A stretch of 63,451 bases of DNA, the filler included, from Sluysia triapertura (lineage: Eukaryota), in assembly GCA_046118255.1 (NCBI GenBank). It is 5 parts of 5 records of this genome, joined end to end, with 100 filler letters (N's around TTAATTAATTAA, not from the genome) between each part and the next. Parts side by side here need not be neighbours in the genome. Positions count along the whole stretch, not along the records: positions 36,807 to 51,914 come from JBJNIA010239105.1; positions 52,015 to 63,451 come from JBJNIA010184757.1; 3 more parts are not named here. One strand, 5' to 3'. The position numbers were made by a program, and so were the translations under genes. A model generated the notes under the pieces. It searched no databases and was not told the DNA's origin. It saw only the letters and a list, made by a program, of their open reading frames with translations. Positions 51,500 to 63,451 of this stretch are shown in pieces (the first letter of the stretch is position 1; every line of letters begins with the position of its first letter).

Positions 51500-51914
51500 C
51501 CAGTAATTGCAATAATATAAATAAGTTACAAGACTTTTTAAGAATTATGAAGAAACTTATTATAGGATTTGAAGATTAATATCAATTCTATTTTTGAAGA
51601 ATTTGACCAGATTTTTAAGAATTTAATAAGATTTTAAGATTTTTAAGAATTAACATAAAGATTAAGAAGATTTTTGCAATATAAGAATTAAGAAGAATCA
51701 TTATTGAATAATTTAAGAATTAATTAAGAATATTAAGGAGTAAGATTAAGTAATTAACATAAGAATTTAAGAAGAATTATTGAATAATTTGTGAATTAAG
51801 CAATTATACTAAGATTTCGTTAACAATAAGATAAATCTAAGCAAAATTATTACTCCCTAAGTTAATTATTGACAGATTTAGTAAACTTTAAGAAAAATAG
51901 ATAAGCAATTAGTA

Positions 51915-52014
51915 NNNNNNNNNNNNNNNNNNNNNNNNNNNNNNNNNNNNNNNNNNNNTTAATTAATTAANNNNNNNNNNNNNNNNNNNNNNNNNNNNNN
52001 NNNNNNNNNNNNNN
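51915..52014. other. Artificial assembly spacer
   Basis: N44-TTAATTAATTAA-N44. Confidence 0.95.
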
Positions 52015-53431
52015 ATATATCAAATTAATGCTCATTAAGAGATCATTTAATAGATGACACACCGTTGTTATTGGAAATAAATTTTATATTTGATTAGATT
52101 TAAAATTAATTTAAATTGATTCATTATTGTAACAATAAGCATTGTTATAATCATTTGTAATTGCTGGAAATTACTATTACATTTTGATTATTAAAATTGG
52201 CCGACTTATCTAAACAATGTAAGTGATCGTTCATATTTTTATAAATTACGTCAACATTCCTTTGGCAATTTGCTGAATTATGTTTCTGCTTAATTTATCT
52301 TGTTTGTGGTTAATTGAACTTTAAGCTTTTATTGCCAACTAGCTGTACAAGTTCACGAGTTGCTGTGTTAAAAATCTGAACAAAAAGGCAGTTTTGATAC
52401 ATCAATCATAATTTATTAATGATCAAATGTATACAATACATCAAAATGAAAATTAGCAATATATGTCATTTGAATATAACATATGTGCAAAACATAGATA
52501 CTCATGGTTACCATGGTTGCACCTAGAAGCCCAACTCTGATTTAAATAATTTTCAGAAACCTTCCAGAGGATATACCTAATAATTTCCCAAATTTTCACG
52601 GCGATTGGATGTGTGGTTTTATTAACATCATTTTAATTTGCTAAAAATACAATTATTTAACTATGAATTTTAACATATGTTTTTTAAACGTTTTTGTGTA
52701 AATTCCGCGACAATAAGTGTTCTGATGAATTTACTTGTTTTAATAGCCGAATAACGCTTATTACTGCTGCATATATGTTGAGTATGTCGTTTGGTCACAT
52801 CAGTTGTATAGAGTATGATATGACAGGATATTTTAGATTTGTGTCTATCATGTCTGCTCAGTACTTAGAATTCTAGATAAATAATTTAATAGTCTCGTCG
52901 CTTTATTACTTTCATTTGGATTTCTACACTTTTTCTACGTCAGTTGTTACCGTTATTTTTATACTATGGGTACACTTTCTCGTCATTTTCCCTCATCAAA
53001 GCACCAAAATGATGAAAACAATACTTGAATAAAATAGACAGTAGTGACACTTAATCTACCGCAAAATATTTTCCGAACAGGGTTCGGCTACAGAAAATGA
53101 CTTACAACGTATATGGTGTTCCTGTGACTTCTAAACTAATACTCAAATAGTCGAATTTTCTCCAAATTTATTCTATTCTGGCAATAAAACAAAAAATAAT
53201 TAAAAACAGTATTTTTAGAGATTAAAGGTCCAAGAGCGTTTAATTTAATAACTATATTATTTTGAGTAGATATATATATCGAGGACTTAATAATTAAAAT
53301 AACTGAAAATTTAAGTAAAATTTTATAATTTCAACTTCGAAAATTGAGATTCATTTACAAATACAGTAAATTGTAGATAAAATCGATATTGAATAGACTG
53401 TTAGTTGTGAACGGATTACTAAAATTTCACA

Positions 53432-53592
53432 ATTACAAATGACGAATGATGATTTGCTAAACTGATACTAGTTGATATATACTAGTAATCAGCCAATAGG
53501 AATCGATGGAATGTTTTAGAAAATTTTATTTTATTTTTAGAAGCTAATTTTCTGTTTTGGAAAATGAATATTTTTAAAGTGATTTTAGAGGG
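53432..53592. repeat. Interspersed repeat, copy 2 (of 272-440)
   Basis: Same blocks as copy 1. Confidence 0.7.
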
Positions 53593-53609
53593 TTGTGAAC
53601 GGATTTTCT

Positions 53610-53660
53610 TGAGTCCGGCGCGTGCGGTATTGAGAAATATACCCTTACGGAAAGGGTTAA
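53610..53660. mobile_element. Possible piggyBac-type terminus
   Basis: GC-rich stretch ending ACGGAAAGGG-TTAA (reverse complement TTAA-CCCTTT); partner end not identified. Confidence 0.35.
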
Positions 53661-54366
53661 TAAAAATAACTATATAAAATAATTATAATCATATAAATTA
53701 ATAATTGTAAATTGTAATTTTTAGCAAAATATTTCGATTCAAAATGTGATTAAATGCAGCATTGATTATATGAGAAATTACGAAGTGATAACTGAATTTT
53801 GTTCGACAATATCGATTCATCGTAAGTTTAAACTTTTTAAGATCTTGTTTCTTCTAACATTTATCATTGTCTTTAATAACACAATCAATAATTTCTTCCC
53901 TATTAACCGCATTTCTTCATTGGCTTGTTAATATTTATTTTTAAAAGATACATCTTCTGCCAGTCATATACATACATAAACAATAATAATGATGAAATTA
54001 TTTGTTAGCAAATAAATGTAGGACAATTTAGAAGCGTCTTGAAAAAAAAGCATTATAAAAAAAGCAAAAGAAAATTAACATAGTTTTTTCTGTAAAACAA
54101 AAACAATTTCAACTGAAATAAATAGAAGTATTGCGTGTTAAGTTAAAACGAAATAGCAATTAACTTTTATTTAGCAATTTGTGTAAAATAAAATAAAAGT
54201 TGTGATATTTATTTACAAAATATAATATTTTATTTTTAAAGATTTTTGTTATTCTAGATGAATATTTAATACAAAAAAACGATAATAATATTAAGACATT
54301 GCTAATATGTCTTAATATTATGCAAAATATATGCAAAATATATGTGTGGCATGCAGAAACTGACAG

Positions 54367-54850
54367 CAACACCGAATAAAGGAGCGGGCAACTGGCCGGG
54401 GGGGCGCCGATATAAAAACGCAATATTTTTTACATTCATTATTATTTTTAGATTTTAGAAATAAAATCGATTTTTTTAGCAAGAAATAAATGTTTTTCTT
54501 TAATAATACCAAATAAAGGTCACAACGTGCTAATTATTTTAATATTGTAAACTGTTTACTAAAACTCATTTTCATAAAAAAATTAATTTAATTAGCTATG
54601 TTATTGAATTTTTGACAAATAGCATTACAAACAATCTTGTATGTCACACGTATGCAACAAGAATAGCATGCGCTCGTTATGTTATTCCTTATGTTGTATC
54701 GCTTGTATATAAATACTGTATTATTGTATAATTTTGATTTTTTGCCATTTTTACTATTTTTTTAATTCGCAGTAAATTTGTACATTCTTATATCAAATGG
54801 CGCCAAATTTCGTTTTGTCCGGGACGCTCAAAACCCTAGTTCCGGCCCTG
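54367..54850. mobile_element. Probable hAT-type MITE (CAGGGCCGG TIR)
   Basis: Right end reverse complement CAGGGCCGGAACTAGGG; GGCGCC motifs near both ends; degenerate left TIR; flanks ACTGACAG/ATGGACAG (6/8 match). Confidence 0.5.
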
Positions 54851-55579
54851 ATGGACAGGATGCGTAACTTAACAAATACTTGGGAGCCCCTATACGTTTC
54901 ACATTGAAATGATTGAAGCACAAACTTTCATGACAATAGTTCTGTTGAATATTATTTACAAATAATATTAATTGACAATAATTTGAATTAATACATGGTT
55001 GTATCATTGTCGCTAAAACGCCGGCCATACATTTTTGACTACGGCTATATATTTAATAGGCAAGCAGCTCATACGATATTTTAGCAAGAATAAAATTCAA
55101 AACCACATTCATCTTGCAATCTGAAGCTGTTTCTCTGTTTGTTTTTGGCGTAAAATGAAAATTTCGCTTATAAAATTTAAAATTTCAAATGTTTCATTTT
55201 AACCTTCAAGTAGAAACTACCTCCTAAAATGTATATTTTCTCTAACTTGGTATTTTTTAGACTTATTTAGATGTATATTTCTATAACTCATATTTTTGCC
55301 TCTAAAATGAAATACAGTGTCTACCTTCTTCAAATGCGAAATTTTCTCAATATTTATTTTAGGTATTAAATGGAAATAATTCTTTATAATTAGACCAAAT
55401 AGTAATAAATGTGAAAGTTTCTATGTCCGATATTCATAACAAGATAAATGACACCAGGTACCCGAGCAATTCATCAGATCACTTATTGACGACAGCCGCA
55501 GTTAAAGGATTAAATATTGTCGTATGTTTAAATATTAATAGGAACAACAATTTCGCTTCTTCAAAATTATTATGAAACA

Positions 55580-56022
55580 TTGGATTGGTGCATAAGTTCG
55601 TGGTGTTTTTTACAATTATGAAAATGCATACTAATTAAGAATAAAAACCATGCAAAAAATTTCACATAACAAAATGAATTTATTAAATCATTAGAAAAAA
55701 CAAATATCTTAGTTCCTTCCATCGTCTGGCAGTTTGCCAATCCCACGTTTGAAGAAGCTTGATGATTTTTGGTTGAAAAATTCTTCAATCCACATCGTGA
55801 GACCAGAAATATAGCTTGGAATGGATCAAAAAAGAGGAAAATCTTTTAGGGCTAAGTAGATGCCAGAAATGTTCATTTTTATCTACCTGACACTCCATTT
55901 TAATGAGGATAATGAAAAAGATAATAGATAATGAATGAATATAACTCAAGTCAGTTAAAAGAAGAAGTTGGTGTGTTTTCTTTGCAGCAAATAAAACCGC
56001 ACGAATTTATACACTAACCCAA
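55580..56022 (-). mobile_element. Internally deleted mariner element, 443 bp
   Basis: TIRs TTGGATTGGTGCATAAGTTCGTGGTGTTTT and reverse complement TTGGGTTAGTGTATAAATTCGTGCGGTTTT, with TA on the right flank. Internal mariner C-terminus DFPLF*SI...WIEEFFNQKSSSFFKRGIGKLP(fs)RW. Confidence 0.9.
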
Positions 56023-56189
56023 TATATATAAAAATGTAACAAGACAAAATGTAATATTTTGTATCATGTAGGTTCCAATAGAGGATTGTATATTGATTCA
56101 TTACGTGACGATATTATAAATATTCTAAGATTAAATTATATAACAAATGATAATGCTGGAATATTTAAAATCGATAAAATTATATAAAC

Positions 56190-56375
56190 CTTTATTTTCT
56201 TCTCTTGTTTTAACTTTTATTTGTTTTTCTGAACCTCTTCCAGGTTTAGTAACTGCCCAAATTGTCATTAAATATGTTGTGTCTGGATGTAAACCTGATA
56301 CACGGGTTCTGATTTGCAGATTATCACGTATGTGGATGTTGTTGACATTGTTATTCACTTGATCGTTCTTTGTCA
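56190..56375 (-). CDS. Orphan exon encoding the C-terminal half of a fibronectin type III domain (cell-adhesion or receptor protein)
   Basis: TTCAG acceptor, AAAG|GTTTAT donor, 186 nt, phase 1-1; RVSGLHPDTTYLMTIWAVTKPGRG...VKT matches the FN3 consensus L.P.T.Y.....A....G.G. Confidence 0.88.
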
Positions 56376-56427
56376 CTGAATGATATGATAATAAAATTTA
56401 TTACAATGTTAATAATTACTACGAAAT

Positions 56428-56658
56428 TCATCATCATCAATATCATCACCATCAGCATCATCATCACAATCATCACTTCATCATCATCATCATCATCATC
56501 ATATTTGCCATCATCAACATCATCATCACTATCATCATAATGACTATCATCATATTCATCATCATCATCATCATCATATTTGCCATCATCATCATCAACA
56601 TCACCATCAAAATCATCACCATCATCATCATCATCGACACAATCACCATCATCATCAT
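56428..56658. repeat. Imperfect (CAT)n microsatellite
   Basis: CAT/CAC/CAA units; the source of the spurious poly-Met ORF. Confidence 0.95.
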
Positions 56659-58511
56659 AAAAAAAACCCCACAGTATTTTTCACGGCTGTTACATTAGAG
56701 CCAAAAATTGTCTTAATCCTATTTTATAATAATTTCTTCATAATTAATTTTCTCTATAATTACATCCACCTCAATTTTATTCTACATTATTTATATCTGT
56801 TGTATTATTCTATGTTGTTTGTCTTATCATGCAGCTTCTTTCTTGACTAATTATGTGTGATAAGTTCCCTTCTTTCTTCCTACTTTCTTTCATTATCTGT
56901 ATAAAATATTTTTGGAAATATTCCCCCCCCCCAATTTTCAAATCTCGAAGTTTTTCTTAAATTGGATAATGTTTTTTGAATATTTATTTAAAATTATATG
57001 ACACCTTTTTTAATTTGAAATTATTTTCTAAGTTTAACCATTTTTTCTCAATTCATATTTTGACTTTTCGTATAATAATTGTTAAATTTATTTAGCGGTA
57101 TAATTTTCCTAGATCTAAATACACAAAATTGTGGTAGAAATAGTGTTAAACAAAAATTCAAAAATTAAATAGATATTTTTTATTACAAATAAAATTGTGT
57201 AAAAATATTGTCAATTTTAGCAACAATAACCCAAAATAAAGACAGTCATTGAATAGAAATTGACGATTGTGAATTAAAATTATTTAGATTGAAATTATTT
57301 TCTTGCTACAAAATGATGTACTGTTTTCGTTAACAACTTTTTGAATATTTAAACAAATAAAATATAATTTATATTAAAGTTTCTATACAGTACCGTTTAA
57401 AAATATTGATTATTACATTTAGTAATGATGTTAAAGTTTACTAAAAAAAAGGGAAAAATATTTTCGAAGTATCTATTAAAAAGTTAATTATATATTATTT
57501 TACTTATATTAAAACATTAATGTTAAGTTTGAAATGCCCAAACGATGTATTTGTATGTGTATTATATTCAATCAAATTAAATATTTAAGAGAAATAGATT
57601 AAGCAGACTAATAATTATAATTAACAAACGAAATCAGTATAAAACATTAAAAGAAACAGAAATTAGTATAAATAGTATAAACAAGATTGAAATTTGGAGA
57701 TAATTTTGAAATATTTCGATTTTCTTTTATTTAATTAATTAAGGGTTTTAAAGAAAACACGAATTTATATTATTCTCAAAATAATTTTAAATTATTTGAA
57801 CATACAACGAGTTATCGTTCGATAATAATAATAATATTATTATTATTGATAAGATTCGACGAAGTATAAAAATACAAATCCAAGTCATAAAATTCACTCC
57901 AATTTACTGTAGCAGTTTTGTTTATATTTTATTTACTGATGTGTTTCTATCAGTAGCAACATAAACAATTAACATGTTTTGTTTTTCAATTTTTCATTCG
58001 ATTTATGTGGATTATTTCTCAGTAAACTAAGAAAATAAATTTTAAAACAGTTGACCTAAAAATGTGCTATTTAGAATAATGATAGCATAATTGACTATAT
58101 TAAAATAAAATTGTAGCTAATGATTATATTACATTGATCATTTAAAATAATTGATCTTTAGGTCAAGTTATATACATTATAAAAATGTGTAACTTTTTGA
58201 ATCAGTGACCAATGAAATCTTTAGAATATTTTAGAAAGTTTGTAATTAGTAATAAAAAATATTCAAAATATGAATTTTACATAAATAAGTAAACTGAAAA
58301 ATAAAATAAAATTAGAGTTAAGATAAACGTCTTCAAAAATTTGCTTAAAGATTCTCTGAACAAATCATGACAGATGATTGAAATCATGCGGCTGATATTG
58401 ATTGTATTTTTTGTCAACATAATATCAAATGAAATAATATCATCAAACCAAAATTTATCTATTAATTTATTATTTTCTTACAAACAATTGATTTTAAATT
58501 TTAAAATCTTG

Positions 58512-58900
58512 TATATAAGCTGCACTAATGCATAAGACGCATTGACTTTTCCGTTAAATGTCTTTTTTATTTAGATAAGACGAATTTCAATTTTAATTAA
58601 AAAATTTTATTTTACCCTTTGTTTTGATAATAATGACAGCCAAGAAAAATTAGAAATAATAGAATATTCAGAGATGAATGAAAATAAAAAAAGCAGGTTG
58701 ACGTTATGGAATAAATGTGAGATAATGTGAGATGGAGAGCAAATAAATCGATTCTGAATGTTACGAAAACAAAATGAGCAAGGAGGAAGAAAAATCCATT
58801 AAAATTGGATTAAAAAATTGGGTTTTAAATCAACAGAAAGAAAGTATAAAAGTTTCTGTTTTGTCTATTAAATTTGAAGCTGAAAATTGCAAAAAGAAAG
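58512..58900 (+). mobile_element. Decayed pogo (POGK-like, Brinker-type DBD plus CENP-B HTH) transposon 5' part
   Basis: Subterminal TATAAGCTGCAC/CATAAGACGCA motifs; DSQEKLEIIEYSEMNENKKAG*RYGIN(fs)VRWRANK, then LKNWVLNQQKESIKVSVLSIKFEA. Confidence 0.8.
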
Positions 58901-60096
58901 TGATTGTTGGGTGCTGTAACATCGGTAGGGCAAAAGTTTGGGAAAAAAGTTGGATGTAAGTTGGACTTCGAAAATTCAGGATTTGAAGGTTTTTCAACTA
59001 CTTGAATAAGCCGTATCATAATTTTCTATTGTTTTATTTGTCCAAGATTTTAGGGTAATTTAATTTTACAATAAAACATTTGTAAAATCAAAAAGTAAGT
59101 AAAATAAAACAAAACAAAAGATCCGAATATTACGTAAGAGACAGTAACGCAGAAGTAAAGAGAAAAAGGAATGCTGACACAATTTAATGAATTATAATAA
59201 AAGAAAAACCACTATTACAGAAAATTAATTCTTATATTCACAGAATTGATCTGTATTAATATAAATTTTTGGTAGCGACAATTTTTTGAATTGCAGTAAA
59301 ATAAATACTATAACTAAATTTAAATAAAAAATTAAAATCATAAATTATTTTATTAAATCTAAAGGATTTACGAATAGTTCCTAAGTTATATTGTTAGGAT
59401 TATAAATAAAATAAAAATTTAAATAAACCAAATACAAAATAACCAATTCAAGCATAAACAAACATTTATAAATCAAGAATTTATTACAGACAAGCAAAAT
59501 ATATGGACAAACATTGACTGTAGCAAAAATATAATATAAAAATCATTATTGAAAAGAGAAAACGATTTTGTTTATATATAATGAACAAAACAAAACTACT
59601 AGCTGCAGTAAAATTATAGAGAAAACGAGAAAATTTTACAATAAACTCCATTGGTCATAGTACGTAATAAAATGAGGCAATAATAGAGTAAAATTTTAAT
59701 AGAAATAGTTACCAACATAATCTTACCATTTATTTACATAAATTTATAACAATTACACAATTAATAAACAAGTATTTGTCAATAAAAGCAAGAGTAGAAT
59801 TCAAAATCATGACAATAATTTACAAATGCTTACTTTACAAAAGTCTTGAATATCTCTTAGAAATAATAAAAATTTGAAAACCGAGATGAATATTTCATTG
59901 AGACATAATAATCTATACAGAATCCACAATGATAATAAGCTAGGTGGCAGGTTATACACAAAAATTACTGGAAGATTATGTAATATTTAAGAAAAGGCAA
60001 AGTATTTCTGTTACAGAAATATTATGATGAATTATTTATTTTATGCGCTTTTGAGTACTTATTTTGCCATATATATTAGTTCAATATAAATTAATA

Positions 60097-60145
<49 letters not shown>

Positions 60146-60661
60146 ACAAGTGAAAAATAAGAAGCAGTTAGATAATTATTAACGGAAATTTAAATCAAAT
60201 GGAAGATTCAATGATTTGGAGATTTTCTTCGAACAGAAATTTAGATTAAAAGAAATCTTTTTATTGAAAGATTTCGAATATTGATGTATTTGTTTAAATC
60301 GAAACTTTTAAGTTGAATAAATTTAATTAATTTAAACCTAGTATCAATCTTTTACAACAAATCTTTGTTTTGAATTTTTTGTTTGAGTAATCTTTTAGTT
60401 TTATTGAGTAAACATTTTTAGTTTTATTTCCATTCCCACATTTGGGGAAGATCGATTAAATAAAGTGATTATAAATATTAACAAAATAATTAACGATTTT
60501 AGTTATTTTGAATATAGAAATTTAATGCAACAACCAATTTGCATTTTTATTTCAACAATAAATAATAAGTATATTTAAATAAACATCTCTTTTTCTCTTA
60601 CTAAATTTATATTGAAATTATACGTGACTTATAAAATATCCTATGTAAATAACTAAAACCA

Positions 60662-61004
60662 TTAAAATAGTTCATTAGCTTTTGTTTCAATTTTCAATTA
60701 TTTTATCGCTAATTCAGAAATATTTCGATAGTCCATAATACTAGACATATTACAAACATAATCAAAGATTTTCAAAAATAAATCAACCTTTAATTGCTGC
60801 AGTAATTTTCGGATTTAATTTATTTTTATAGTATCCTTCACCACTTAAAGAACTGATTGCCAGAACTTTCTGACTGAAATAATGTTTCATTAATAATCGA
60901 ATAAGGCGAGTGGCACTATTACTGGCTTTTATAAGCATCATTTGAAATACTTCATTTGATAGACGAATTTCTGGTGTCAGTTGTGGTGATAAAATAACTT
61001 CATT
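60662..61004 (-). pseudogene. BEN-domain protein exon(s), probably pseudogenised
   Basis: Exon 60788-61004 (TTTTAG ... AAAG|GT) encodes NEVILSPQLTPEIRLSNEVFQMMLIKASNSATRLIRLLMKHYFSQKVLAISSLSGEGYYKNKLNPKITAAIK, a BEN pattern (R.L...F....LA.SS..G...L.P...AIK). The continuation DYVCNM...ISELAIK*LKIETKANE contains a stop; upstream 61380-61810 is coding-like with stops. Confidence 0.75.
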
Positions 61005-61938
61005 CTAAAATATACCAATTAAAATCATTGAAGTATTACAAAAAAAATTAGTAGAATTTTGTTTAAAATAATAATAATAATAATAATGATTTCGAAAATA
61101 ATATGCAAGTAAAACATTAGTTTTTGTTTAACTGTATTGGTAACTAAGCAACTGACAATAGAAATAGTACGTGTATAAAGAACGATGTTGTTAATTAGAA
61201 ATACAGTAGCAGTATCTTCAGTATTATAATGTCATTTAAGTCATTATACTTACAGTCATAATTGCATAATTATCATTATTATAAATAATATTTAATTCAT
61301 CAATTTTATTTTCACATTGCATTTGAATAATTTATATGGAACTACACAAATAATTTTATTTTTCTTACAATATTTCTGCAATTTAAGTAAAATCGTTCAT
61401 AATTATTTTGTTCCTTCGTTTTTAATTTTCGTTTTGGGCATTTGTGCTTTTTTCGTTCAGTGTTTCTTCTTTTTTCTTTACCATCTCACTAAATAATAAC
61501 TAATTAAAATTTTTAGTATCTTTAGCAGCAATAAACTTTCCAGAAACTGTTTTTGCAACATTTTGTAGATATCTACTCAAGTTGGAGTTTTATTAAACAA
61601 TGAAATATTCATTGGAAACATCCATTTTTTTTGCATCCGAGTCGTAAGAATTATATTTTCATTCATCATAATTATGTTTTCTTTGCATTTTTGTTCTGAT
61701 TAATTTATTTTTTTCTTGTTCTGAGTTACTTAAGGTTTCTATGTCATTTTAATAATTTGAACTTCTTCCTGTAGACACTTTACTAGTAGCAAGATTTGCA
61801 AAAGACCGTATGCAAATATTGTTGATAAATGACAATGTTAATTAAATTATTAATTTTGTGAATACCAATAATGTGGTCAAACAAAACAAAATTAATTATA
61901 CACATTTAAATATAAATAAATAATTTATTGTTTATAGC

Positions 61939-61995
<57 letters not shown>

Positions 61996-62204
61996 CAAAT
62001 ATAGATGGTTTTTCATATAATTTAATTCTCTTGTCAAGTAATTTAAGCATTTTCTCATATATCTTAATCTTTTTAGAAATTAATTAATATATTGTAATTA
62101 TAATGCTTATATATTAATCAATAAAATAATAACACTCAAAAAGTCATATTTTTAATAAAATTACCATAAATGTACCATAAAATATATTTAATTAAAAAGA
62201 TATT

Positions 62205-62760
62205 TAATCAATATTCGAGCAAATGCCTCTAATATGAGATACAATCTTCTCTACTGATATTCAAACTTGATTGCATTATTTTCAAATTTAATTGATTTTC
62301 TGTTTGCCAATTTGCAGATTTTATGATATTTTTCCATTTCGAAAATACTTCTTTAATTGAATTAAGAAGTAAATTAAGAATAAATTTTATTTCACGATTA
62401 TTCTTGATACATATATCAGATGCAAGTTGTGATTTATGTATAAGGTGCATTATCCATAATGATTATCGTATTTGATAAATTGTTTTAATATAATGCTTAA
62501 ATTATTTGACAAAATGATTAAATTTTATGACTCTGTAAATCAAATGCTTAGTACACTAAGGCATATTTAATAATAATAATAATAATATATATATATATAT
62601 AAAAGAAAATTTTATTTCAAGTTAAAAATTAATTTTGACTGCAGTTTATCGTTAATAATTTACGATTAACTTGATACCAAATTTGCAATCAATTGCAAAT
62701 TAATCTTTGCGAGTTCCTTCATCAACAGAAAATCCAACATTAAACAATAATTTACACTGA
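62205..62760 (-). mobile_element. Decayed IS630/Tc1-like DDE transposase
   Basis: VGFSV ... NTIIIMDNAPY(fs)HKSQLASDICIKNNREIKFI..LLNSIKEVFSKWKNIIKSAN...ISREDCISY*RHLLEY, matching MDNA.FHK...LNPIE.VFSKWK of IS630-like elements. Confidence 0.85.
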
Positions 62761-63451
62761 TATTATATAAAGAACAATAAATTCTTTGATTCTATTATGT
62801 AACAAATTATTTTATAGTTAAAATACATAAATGATATTAATATATGCATTAAAGTGAAAATATGGCAAGTTCCATCTATATAGTAGTTTGGCTAAATTAT
62901 CATTCATTTATTTTTTCAAGTTAATTCATTTAATTCTTAGAATTCTGTATTTGCTAATTAAGTCTCATTCCGTGCTTCTAACATTACATTTTGGATTTAT
63001 TTTTGTTTTATTTTAAATTATAAAATTATATTGTTTTCACGATATTAATAATAATTATATAATAATAATGATAATAATAATAATAGTAGCTGTTATTTTT
63101 ATGAAACACTTTTATATTATTTTTACTTTGCGGTTTAAGGAAATAGTTATTCTATTATTTTCACTAAATGCAAAATAATCGTAACGATTTAGGGATTAAA
63201 TTACTATCTAAAATGTCCTCTTATGTTGCTAAGCGTTAGTCTTTTGGAAAGTGAATTTTATGAATAGAAATTTAAATATTGATGATTACTAAATTAATTT
63301 GATGAAAACCTAAAAACATTTCATTACTTTTTATCTAGAGGATATTTTTATTTGCATTATTTTAAATTATTCCAATTAGAGAAAAGTTTTGTTGCAAAAC
63401 CAACCAAGCGTGAATTTAATAAATATAATGCAATTTTATAGGATAAATTAG

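Noticed and set aside
56473-56658. Poly-Met ORF
   Set aside because: Translation of a (CAT)n microsatellite in the intron upstream of the FN3 exon.

Overview
Very AT-rich, intron-containing eukaryotic (animal-like) DNA. It is split into five sequence blocks by artificial 100-nt N44-TTAATTAATTAA-N44 spacers, plus one 147-N gap, so adjacency across those joins is unreliable. Supported genes: a complete 6-exon adenylate kinase (AK1-like, - strand, with a 33-nt intron); the first two coding exons of an ACSL3/4-like acyl-CoA synthetase, head-to-head with it; a complete intronless and very divergent SF3B1 (1219 aa); and orphan PDZ and fibronectin-III exons. Missed by the ORF track: a decayed PP1 phosphatase copy, an intron-bearing RPL13A 5' fragment, a BEN-domain exon or pseudogene, two tRNA-Ala-like modules with shared flanks, and many DNA-transposon relics (mariner, Tc1/maT-like, IS630-like, pogo, Tigger, hAT MITEs, a long-TIR foldback), plus a candidate LTR primer-binding site. 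The main signal is the SF3B1. It carries substitutions at human cancer-hotspot/SUGP1-interface positions (E622D, Y623G, N626K, K666R, K700N, G742H), a V1078I-equivalent change known to give splicing-modulator resistance, an eroded p14-binding segment and a ~57-aa Pro/Met/Tyr/His-rich C-terminal insert. This suggests rewired branch-point recognition or a specialised SF3B1 paralog. Human numbering comes from my recall of the human sequence and needs confirming by alignment.
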